Source: Methanotrichaceae archaeon (GTDB lineage: Archaea; Halobacteriota; Methanosarcinia; Methanotrichales; Methanotrichaceae). From it: DNA of 64,000 bases. The first letter of the stretch is position 1. Every line of letters starts with the position of its first letter. Under the pieces are notes generated by a model. That model did no database searches and was not told the DNA's origin. It saw nothing but the letters and a program-made list of their open reading frames with translations. Shown here in pieces: positions 30,538 to 39,030 of this stretch. The position numbers were made by a program, and so were the translations under genes. The stretch lies in contig CAVWIG010000017.1 in NCBI GenBank assembly GCA_963754945.1, positions 212,623 through 276,622 of the forward strand. The letters are read 5' to 3'.

Positions 30538-31995
30538 ATGATTATCTACAACACCATGAGCGGCAAGAAAGAGCCGTTTCAGCCAATTCACAAGAATCGC
30601 GTCAACATATTCGTCTGCGGACCAACTGTTTACGACAACTCTCACATCGGACACGCCAGGACCTACATAGCATTCGATGTCGTCGCTCGCTACCTCAAGT
30701 ACAAGGGCTTTTCCGTGTTTTATCTTCAGAACATCACCGATGTTGACGATAAGATCATACAGAGGGCTTCGGAGCTAGGCATTGAGCCGGACGCTTTGGC
30801 GCGCAAGTTTGAGCGAAGGTACTTGGAGGATATGCAGGCGTTGGGCGTGACAAATGTCAACCTCTACGCCAGGGCGACAGAGCACATTCCCGAGATCATC
30901 AGCCAGATTGAGCGGCTCGTGGAGTTGGGTTTTGCTTACGAGACGGAGACTGGTGTTTACTTCGACGAATCTAGATTCGAGGACTTCGGGAAGCTGTCGC
31001 ATCAGACTTTTGAGGAGGTTGCGCGCCACAGGATAGAGCCCGATCCGACCAAGAGGAACCCGGGAGATTTCTCTTTATGGAAGAAACGGGAAGACGGGGC
31101 TAAGGTAACCTGGGATTCGTCTTGGGGAAGAGGACGACCAGGATGGCACATCGAGGACACGGCCATCACGGAGACCTATTTCGGACCTCAGTACGATATC
31201 CATGGCGGAGCAATGGACCTAATATTCCCCCACCACGAGGCAGAGATCGCTCAGATGGAGGCGACGTCAGGAAAAAAGCCACTGGTTAGGGCTTGGATGC
31301 ACACCGGCTTTCTCAACGTCAAGGGCGAGAAGATGTCTAAGTCCCTGGGAAATTTCATGACCATAAGGGAAATGCTGGAGAGATGCGATGCCGAAGCTTT
31401 CAGATTGTTCGTCCTCCTTGCTCACTACCGATCACCAATTGATTTTTCCGAAGAGGTGCTGGAGCAGTCTCGAAAGAGCCTTGAAAGAATTCGCCATCTG
31501 ATCAAGGTCATCGAAGAACAATTAGAAACGCCCGGCGAGATCTCGGAAAGCGAAGGTGTCGACCCAATACTGATCAAGGCAAGAGCTGAGTTCTTGGATG
31601 CGATGGACGATGATTTCAATACGCCTTACGCGCTTCGAACCGTATTCGACCTGGTGAGGGATATAAACCGCAGAATAAACGAAAAAAACGTATCGAAGGA
31701 GACTTTAAAGGATACGAAACTGCTGCTGGAGGAGTTCGGCAGGGTCTTCGGAATCAGCTTTTCTTCCGGGTCAGAAAAATCCATAGGAAAAGAAGAAGAC
31801 ATGGCTCGCGACCTGATCGAGCTGCTTATCGAAATAAGGCAGAAGCTCCGCGAAAAAAAGGACTGGCAGCTCGCCGATGAGATACGTAACAGGATGAAGG
31901 AATTGAACGTCGTGTTGGAGGATGCCGAAGGAGGTGGCAAATATACACTTCGAGGAGAGAATTGCCTTAATCGCAAAACTTATAACCTTCAATAA
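30538..31995 (+). CDS. cysS: Cysteinyl-tRNA synthetase
   Basis: MIIYNTMSG start; CGPTVY, HIGH, GRPGWHIED, FPHHEAE and KMSKS motifs. Confidence 0.97.
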   Translation: MIIYNTMSGKKEPFQPIHKNRVNIFVCGPTVYDNSHIGHARTYIAFDVVARYLKYKGFSVFYLQNITDVDDKIIQRASELGIEPDALARKFERRYLEDMQALGVTNVNLYARATEHIPEIISQIERLVELGFAYETETGVYFDESRFEDFGKLSHQTFEEVARHRIEPDPTKRNPGDFSLWKKREDGAKVTWDSSWGRGRPGWHIEDTAITETYFGPQYDIHGGAMDLIFPHHEAEIAQMEATSGKKPLVRAWMHTGFLNVKGEKMSKSLGNFMTIREMLERCDAEAFRLFVLLAHYRSPIDFSEEVLEQSRKSLERIRHLIKVIEEQLETPGEISESEGVDPILIKARAEFLDAMDDDFNTPYALRTVFDLVRDINRRINEKNVSKETLKDTKLLLEEFGRVFGISFSSGSEKSIGKEEDMARDLIELLIEIRQKLREKKDWQLADEIRNRMKELNVVLEDAEGGGKYTLRGENCLNRKTYNLQ

Positions 31996-32020
31996 CAAGT
32001 GTTAATTCGGTGAGCTTAAA

Positions 32021-32303
32021 ATGAGGGATCTATTTTGCCAACCCCGGATATGAACAGCCGAGTTCGAAGATAGAGCGCCTGCCGCCATCAGCAAAGCTTG
32101 TTCTTAAAGTGCTGGAGTCAGGCAGCCTTTTAACGCAGAAGGACATAATAAGAAAGACGTATCTTCCGGCAAGAACCGTAAGGTACGCTTTGAGCAGACT
32201 TAAAGACGAGGACCTTCTTCAGGAACGCTTCTATTTCCAGGATGCGCGCCAGAGCCTCTATGGGCTGAATGCCCAAGCCCTGGAGGTGACGACGACCGCA
32301 TAA
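32021..32303 (+). CDS. Winged-HTH regulator, predicted +1 frameshift at TTT-TGC (32033-32038)
   Basis: Paralog of the 24010 C-terminus. Homology (LPPSAKLV) extends upstream of GTG 32109 with no in-frame start; SD-preceded ATG 32021 is out of frame. Confidence 0.75.
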
Positions 32304-32469
32304 ATTATTTTCTAATTATTATGTATAAAGTTATCAGGTGATGGGGATTGCAATCACGGATCGTTGAACAGTTCAATTGGATATTCCCGTGCTGATGCTG
32401 CCTGGCCAGGTTGGTTTGCCTGGTATGGGTTCTTCTTCTCCGCTGCCACCTTCCACATTTCGGGAGGCT

Positions 32470-32820
32470 TTAGTTTGGGCGTACTGATAAAGGAATTCGA
32501 GGGATAAACGACTGTGCTATTTTGGGAGACCTAAGAGGCAAGGAGCACCAATATGGCACGCCTCCTGGATGATAGAATTCAAGATGCGCAACGTGTGCCT
32601 GGGCAGAAAGCTGAGAAGAGCCTTTTGTAGCGCCGTGAAAGGCTATGTGTCGTAATAAGGAGGGAGGCAAAAGTCTTGGTGTAGGAGGGAGAAAAGAGGT
32701 GTATCGACTTTTGCCTATTACTAATACGACTATTGCCGAAATATAAGGTTTTCGCTCCAGGGTAGTGAGGTGTAGTCTCATACAATAAATGACCGAAATA
32801 GAGAAAATCGAATACTCAAG
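32470..32820 (+). ncRNA. Candidate structured ncRNA A
   Basis: Nested helices CTATTTTGG/CCGAAATAG, GGCACGC/GTGTGCC, AGCCTTTT/GAAAGGCT and AGGCAAAAGTC/GACTTTTGCCT; G-U pairs favour the + strand. Confidence 0.45.
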
Positions 32821-33282
32821 CGGGGCCAACGCCGATCCACAGCGCCCTTGTAGGAGGAACCTGTCAGTGTGCAGGCCTGACTCCGCTCAGAGTTCGATCA
32901 TATGCCTGGGCTAGAAGGCGGCACGGCACTGGAATTTCACACAGCGCCCATTTCATAGGGACCCCAAGGCATCGTGAGATGTGGGTCTCGTGCTCGCCTT
33001 CCGCCTTCGGCTTGTGACGCGTCATGCCCCGGCCGTGTATTGACGCCAAGCTGTCGGCAGATTGCTACGCAAGTTACGGCGTGCAACTTTCCTCTGCTGA
33101 ATATCAGCTTAACAGGCTCGTAGCCGAATGCAGTGCCACGAAGGCATGCATCTCCTGGAACAAGGACGCGATCCACCCTAGAAGCGACCGCATGCTCACC
33201 CATCGATAGGGCAAACATCCAAATCTCCTTGCCAAACAGAGCATTATCAGATACGTTAAGCCCACGGCACACCCGCCACCCT
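32820..33282 (-). ncRNA. Candidate large structured ncRNA B (about 460 nt)
   Basis: Many G-U-containing helices on the - strand, a possible pseudoknot, TATA box at 33311-33305, and no credible ORF. Confidence 0.6.
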
Positions 33283-33302
33283 TTGCATGGCGCGCCAAAT
33301 TA

Positions 33303-33323
33303 ACTATATAATCGTTATACATA
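33303..33323. promoter_or_regulatory. Divergent TATA-box region
   Basis: AT island ACTATATAATCGTTATACATA between two GC-rich structured segments. Confidence 0.5.
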
Positions 33324-33586
33324 TTTGTAGTTGTCGCTCGGAAACCAGCCTTTGGGTAAGTGCATAAACTGTTATTCGGAAGGAATAGCGAGCTTAAGGC
33401 AGGCGCTGGGTCAAACACAACCACGGCGTGGTGGCCGATTCAATCGGACGCCTCTCCTAGTTGGCAGGCGTGGGCCCACAATAGATTTGATATTGCAGAA
33501 AGATAATATTGTGGACAGCGCAAACCTATGAATGACTAGCAATTGCTCCGATTCGATATCAGCAATCTTGGAATGGTGGGCGAGAT

Positions 33587-34042
33587 ATGATCGAAAATAA
33601 GACACAGCTTTTGGCTGATTTGGCCTACATTGGCTCGAAAGTTCAAGCAAAGACCAGCGTGTACCTGATCGCTGGTGCGGCCCTTCTGTGGCATGGCTTG
33701 AAAGATGTCACTAAGGATATCGATATCTGTTGCTCATATGAAGAAGCTGACAGTATTGTATCGGAACTCAGGCTGTCTGGCAGGATGGAGTCGGTCACTG
33801 GTATCAACGAAATTCACTTCCTCCGGTTATTCCTGAAATCATTCACGCTTCAGATCTTCATCAACGAGGTGTGGATGGGCGATGAATACCAGCTTCTGGA
33901 AGCAGCCCACTGTGATTCACTCACATTTGGTGGTGTGGCCTTCTTGATTCCCGATATCAAAACTCTCATTATGATCCAGGATAGGCACATCCAAGCACTG
34001 TTCAACGATTGGAAGAAACTGAAAGGAGAGGTATCTGTCTGA
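33587..34042 (+). CDS. Nucleotidyltransferase-fold protein (DUF6036/AbiEii-like)
   Basis: YLIAGAAL..GLKDVTKDIDI signature. Confidence 0.75.
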   Translation: MIENKTQLLADLAYIGSKVQAKTSVYLIAGAALLWHGLKDVTKDIDICCSYEEADSIVSELRLSGRMESVTGINEIHFLRLFLKSFTLQIFINEVWMGDEYQLLEAAHCDSLTFGGVAFLIPDIKTLIMIQDRHIQALFNDWKKLKGEVSV

Positions 34043-34097
34043 ATTGTGATGAGGATATCAGCCTTTAGAGATTACTAATCTAAAGAGGGCAATGGCC

Positions 34098-34364
34098 TTA
34101 TCTTTCTCCTTTTAAAACACCCCATCCACGTTCTGTAAGCCGGATTTGATTCATGCCATTTTTGAGAGATTGCCCTTCTTCATAAGTACCAGATTGTGTA
34201 TTTATGAAACCCCATCTTTCCAAGCGTGTTAAGCGATCTCCAAATTCCGTTTCATCAAGCCCGAGGGCTCTATTGACATTGACCGGATTGACCCATTTGG
34301 TCAGGGATCTTTCAAGGATCGATTCGAGGATCTTCCTATCTGTTCCAACTATGTAATCAATCAT
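34098..34364 (-). CDS. Small winged-helix protein
   Basis: DRKILE, LTRLERWGFI and RLTERGW wHTH pattern. Confidence 0.65.
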   Translation of the reverse strand: MIDYIVGTDRKILESILERSLTKWVNPVNVNRALGLDETEFGDRLTRLERWGFINTQSGTYEEGQSLKNGMNQIRLTERGWGVLKGER

Positions 34365-34771
34365 CTCTACTCCAATTTATCCTAGCACGATGGATCTTCG
34401 CTGCGTATCTATCATACTAGCTAACAAATATCTATAATGATTGTTATTAACATATAAATACCATTCATAAGCTGAATGCGACCACCTCCGGCATGTTAAA
34501 TGCCGACCGAATATTCTATTTGACGAGGGCAGGAAATCCTGGAGACCTTTCAATTCCCAACCTTCGTATGCAGAGGGAATGCTCCAGAGGGCTGGTGGAG
34601 AAGACCTTCGTAAGGTACAATCTTATAATGCACTTATAAGTCGCTACGCCTAGTTACAGGACATTACATATATATAGATTATAATACTTATCGATTTGGG
34701 AACCAAAAGCTTTTTATTTAAAAATATCGTATTAAGAGAATCGCAGAATAAGTTTAAATGGAGAATTTAAA

Positions 34772-34918
34772 ATGCAAAATAAAAAAGATAAGAGAACAAA
34801 GGCTGATGTAGGGAAGACAGCGGCATCTGGAATCGCAGATGCAAAGAAAGGGGTAGCGGATGTGGGGAAGAAGGGAGCACATGGAAAAACTGATGGAAAG
34901 AAAGGGTGGAAAAAGTAG
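34772..34918 (+). CDS. 48-aa Lys/Gly/Ala-rich small protein
   Basis: MQNKKDKRTKADVGKTAASGIADAKKGVADVGKKGAHGKTDGKKGWKK*; GGAGA RBS; internal ADVGK repeat. Confidence 0.5.
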   Translation: MQNKKDKRTKADVGKTAASGIADAKKGVADVGKKGAHGKTDGKKGWKK

Positions 34919-35082
34919 GAAAAAAAGTAGGAACCTGCTATTCCCAAATGATTAGTTGTCCAAGCAGCCGGCCTGCACCTAGTCGAGCGGTAGCAGTGAT
35001 GATTGAATGATGCCACCTTCCTGTCTCATTTTTGAATTAACGGCTCGCCTGCCTTTCGACCCTGTCCTTTTCGCACCATTCC

Positions 35083-35847
35083 TTAATGATCATAGTAGAT
35101 TTGGGGCTGATTCCTCATCATGTACCCGAACCCTAATCCCACTAACAGGCCCGTCAGATGTGCAGCATGAGCTATGCTGTCTCCTGTTCCCATCATCATG
35201 AAGTCCATGAAGGCAAAGAGAACGACTGCATACTGAATCCTCAAGGGAATTATAAAGAATAGCAGTACTCGAATTTCAGGGGCAATTATGGCCAGACATC
35301 CCATGACACCGAAGAGGGCTCCGCTTGCGCCTAGAAGGGTTCCTGTGGACACCAGCATCTGTCCCAGAGCAGCAGCCAACCCCGAGAACATGTATATCTC
35401 AAGGAAACGGGTCTCGCCAACGCGCCTCTCCAGTTCTACGCCAAAGAAGAAGAGGAACAACATGTTCCAGAAGAGGTGGTCGAAGTTGGCATGGACGAAC
35501 ATGTGAGTAATGAGCGTCCAGGGCCTCTGCATAACATATGCCGGGTTCAGAGCGAGATAGCCGTAAACGAACCCCGGAGCAATTAGACTTAAGAGGGATA
35601 CAAACACGCAAATGGCCAGTATAGCCATTGAGTAGCTCACGGGAAGACCGGTCGGAATCTTGCTCTTCCAGCTTCGGTTCTCCCAAGGTGCTGGGTCGTT
35701 CCAGTCATCTTTGTGCCTGAAATCATCCCTGCCGCCTATTGAGGCAAGAATTGGCCCAAGAATCAATGATCTTGTATACCTGAGACGGTCGTTTAGGCTT
35801 TTGCCAGTATAATTTTTGCTAATATTATTTATCTCCTCACTTGCCAT
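35083..35847 (-). CDS. Rhomboid intramembrane serine protease
   Basis: PWTLITHMFVH, HLFWNM, GASGA and AHAAHLTG motifs. Confidence 0.9.
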   Translation of the reverse strand: MASEEINNISKNYTGKSLNDRLRYTRSLILGPILASIGGRDDFRHKDDWNDPAPWENRSWKSKIPTGLPVSYSMAILAICVFVSLLSLIAPGFVYGYLALNPAYVMQRPWTLITHMFVHANFDHLFWNMLFLFFFGVELERRVGETRFLEIYMFSGLAAALGQMLVSTGTLLGASGALFGVMGCLAIIAPEIRVLLFFIIPLRIQYAVVLFAFMDFMMMGTGDSIAHAAHLTGLLVGLGFGYMMRNQPQIYYDH

Positions 35848-35978
35848 GATCCCTCAAAATGTTTCTTGAAACACCATTGTTGAGTATATTATTGAGTACA
35901 TTACAGCGTGCATAGAATATGCTATCAATAAAGTTCGCCAATGCATTATAATTTATCCATTTATCTCTTACTATCGAA

Positions 35979-36464
35979 CTATTCAGTCACATACTGGCCG
36001 TCGCGCAGCACTATGACGTAATCCGCTGAGTTCCTGAGGGCCACTGAAAAGCCTGGCTCGGCTCCGAAGATTATGGTCTCCTTGCCGTGCTCCATGGCTT
36101 TCATCAGAACAGGTTTTAAGTCAGCGTCTCTGGTGACCATGGCGATGGTATCTATGACTGGATTATAGATCATGTCGATGCCCTCGACTGCCATCCTGAC
36201 GTCAACGTCACTGGTGCATATGACAGGTTCGAACCCCTGGTTCTCCACTGCCTCAACGAGTTTCTCAGATGCGTACTGGTTCAGGAACACCTTGCCCATC
36301 TTGATGTCGCCGTAATCCTTAAGGATGTCCCTAATCTCCTCAAGATCCATCTGGAACTCCTTGCGAAGCATGTTTGGACCATCCACTAGAAGACCTATCT
36401 TCTTTCTGCCTCTTTCCTTCTTGGAGCCAAGATAATTCATGATGTGTTCGAAGTGTATCGCCAT
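35979..36464 (-). CDS. NYN-domain protein (TIGR00288 family)
   Basis: LLVDGPNMLRKEF, DVDVRMAVE and TRDAD motifs. Confidence 0.9.
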   Translation of the reverse strand: MAIHFEHIMNYLGSKKERGRKKIGLLVDGPNMLRKEFQMDLEEIRDILKDYGDIKMGKVFLNQYASEKLVEAVENQGFEPVICTSDVDVRMAVEGIDMIYNPVIDTIAMVTRDADLKPVLMKAMEHGKETIIFGAEPGFSVALRNSADYVIVLRDGQYVTE

Positions 36465-36576
36465 CAGATCACATAATCCTTGAGATAACCCCAGACTGTA
36501 TCATATAAAAATCTATCTCATATATTATTTTATCTATCTTATACTCCGTCTACTCTTGTGTGTCCGTGCTCTCTTG

Positions 36577-37347
36577 TCACGGAATTTTGTAGATCTTCTT
36601 TATGTTCTTGGTGGTGGCAGAAGCGACCTCAGATGGCGATAGTCCTTTTATCTTGGCGATTAGCCTTACCGATTCGAGAACATTCATAGGTTCGTTCCTC
36701 CCTCGTTTTGGGGCAAGGAAAGGGCTGTCAGTCTCCACGAGAAGGTGATCTAGAGGGACGTTTCTAGCCAGCACTTGATGCTGACCGGAGCGGCACACAA
36801 CTGTTGCTAAAGAGATGTAGAAGCCTCGGTCCACTGCCTGCTTCATTGTATCCATGCTGCCGCCGTAACAGTGAAACACGACCTTGTCCAGGTCCTTTAC
36901 CATATCCAGGGCCTGCTGCTCGGCATCCCTTGAGTGGATAACCAGCGGAAGATCGACGGATTTGGCTAGGTCAATTACCTTCTGAAAGACCTGAACCTGA
37001 TGGTTCCTGGCCGCTTCATCTTTACACCTGTAATGATCCAGGCCCGCCTCCCCTATGCCAACGGCCTGACCGGCATTCTCTTTGATAAAATCAAGCTGAG
37101 ATTCCAGGTCCTTGTTGCTTGTCCCTTCCAGGGAGTTGGGTGAAAGCCCAAGAGTCGCCCGCATGAAGTCGTGCTTTTTCGCCAACTCCAGGCTCTTCCT
37201 GTTTGTGGCAATGTCGACGCCGGAGTTGATCATCATCACGACGCCCGCTTCTCGGGCCCTATTCATCACCGCGTCCCTGTCTTTATCGAAATGCTTGAAA
37301 TCGAGGTGACAGTGGGAATCTATTACCCCATCTCCGAACTCGTTCAA
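36577..37347 (-). CDS. tatD: TatD-family hydrolase
   Basis: IDSHCHLD, GIGEAGLD, VIHSRDA, FHCY and VETDSPF motifs. Confidence 0.93.
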   Translation of the reverse strand: MNEFGDGVIDSHCHLDFKHFDKDRDAVMNRAREAGVVMMINSGVDIATNRKSLELAKKHDFMRATLGLSPNSLEGTSNKDLESQLDFIKENAGQAVGIGEAGLDHYRCKDEAARNHQVQVFQKVIDLAKSVDLPLVIHSRDAEQQALDMVKDLDKVVFHCYGGSMDTMKQAVDRGFYISLATVVCRSGQHQVLARNVPLDHLLVETDSPFLAPKRGRNEPMNVLESVRLIAKIKGLSPSEVASATTKNIKKIYKIP

Positions 37348-38886
37348 TTGTGGTTTTCCTCCAAAAGCATCAATCTGTTTATGGCGCTGACAAGGGCCTC
37401 AACCGAGGCCATAACTATGTCCTCGCGTGCCGATCGGGCACTTACTTTCCTTCCGCGGTCGTCCTCGACCCCTATCACTACCTCAGCCAGGGCGTCTGAA
37501 CCTCCGGATATGGCCTCTATCCTGAAATCAGAGAGGCGTATGGACGCGTCGCCGTCCATGAGTCCCTGTACTGCCTTTAAAGCGGCATCGACAGGTCCAA
37601 CGCCGATGCTGGCCAGGACCTTCTCGTGACCACGCACTACGGCCTTAACAGTGGCTGTGGGGGTTATAATGTTCCCGGTCATCACTGAGACCTCTTTGAG
37701 CACCATAGCCTGGCTGGCCTTGGCCACCTCTCCAATGACCACGTCGGCTATGGTCTGAAGGTCGGCATCGGTGATCTGCTTTCCCTTGTCTCCCAGCTCT
37801 TTTATCCTATCCAGGATCTCATGGAGCTGCTCATCCGTTGGCCTGTAGCCAGCATCCTCGAGGACCTTCTTAACAGCGTGCCGGCCTGTGTGCTTTCCAA
37901 GGACTATCCTTCTTCTGTGGCCAACCATCTCAGGAGTCATTATGCCCGGCTCAAAGGTCTTGCTGTTTTCGAGGATTCCGTGGCTATGAATTCCGCTCTC
38001 GTGAGAGAAGGCGTTTTCACCGACTATGGGGGCAGTTATTGGTATTTTCGCTCCTGTTAACCGCTCAACAAGCCTTGCAGTCTCTACCAGGTACTCCGTT
38101 TTTATGCTCGTGGTTGCACCGTAAATTGAGTGCAGGCTCATCACAGTCTCTGCCAAATTTGCATTGCCAGCCCGCTCCCCCAGACCGTTGACGGTAACCT
38201 GGATCTCTCTCGCACCGGCCTCCACTGCGGAAAGGCTGTTGGCAACAGCGAGGCCGAAGTCGTTATGGCAGTGGACATCCACGACCATGTCAACGTACTC
38301 GCAGATCCCCTTCACAAAGGCGTAGAAGGCCGAAGGGACAGCAACTCCCACGGTGTCTGGGATGTTGATGATGTCGCAGTGGACCTCCTCGACTGCCTTG
38401 AAAATTCTGTGGAGGAACTCCGGGGATGTCCTGGTGGCGTCCATGGCAGAGAAGAGGCATGTCCTTCCCTGATCCTTCACGTATTCCACTGTCTCAACTG
38501 CCCCGGCCACTATCTCGTCGTGGCTCTTCTTTATCGTGTGGGCTATCTGGATGTCTGACGTTGGCACGAAGACGTGGACGAGACCAACATCAGCATCGAG
38601 ACAGGCTTGTGCGTCTGCCTTGACAATTCTGGAAAGTCCGCAGACCTGGGCAGAGAGGCCAGCTCGGGCAATTTGCCGGACGCTCTCGAACTCGCCCTTG
38701 GAAGACACAGGAAAACCAGCCTCGATGATGTTCACACCGAGCTTATCGAGCTGCCTGGCAATAGCAAGTTTCTTTTCAGGGGTGAGTGAAACACCCGGGG
38801 TCTGCTCTCCATCGCGGAGAGTCGTGTCAAAAATTCTAACTCTCTCGCCGCGAAGATCTCTTACATCGTAGAAGACGATCCCTCAT
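37344..38886 (-). CDS. leuA: 2-isopropylmalate synthase, predicted +1 frameshift at CTT-CTA (38874-38869)
   Basis: [15 protein letters not shown] is in frame upstream of the first in-frame start (GTG 38735). EAGFPVSS (LeuA-type), HCHND, GERAGN and HESGIH motifs; C-terminal allosteric domain. Confidence 0.88.
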
Positions 38887-39030
38887 AGAGGCTTCTTGCG
38901 TCATGTTTCATTGAGTGAGCCTCCGTTCTATAAAACTCTTGCCCCGAGGCCGCAATGCTACAAGGAATATTCAGCAAAGAATTCAGTAATTAATCTGGCG
39001 AAAAAAGAATTATGCAGGCGAGATTCACCT

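Noticed and set aside
32050-32073. Short ATG..TAG ORF as a possible pyrrolysine read-through into the wHTH
   Set aside because: It is in a different frame from the wHTH, and there are no pyl genes in the window.
32985-33010. AGGCGGAAGGCGAGCA resembling SRP helix 8
   Set aside because: It lacks the CCAGG-stem-GGAA-stem-AGCA geometry and an Alu domain.
33080-33097. GAGGAAAGT on the - strand resembling the RNase P P4 5' strand
   Set aside because: It continues TGC rather than CC, and no matching 3' P4 strand (ACAGAA..GGCTTA) was found.
33262-33272. GTGTG start suggesting a group II intron 5' end
   Set aside because: No domain V/VI or reverse-transcriptase ORF was found downstream.
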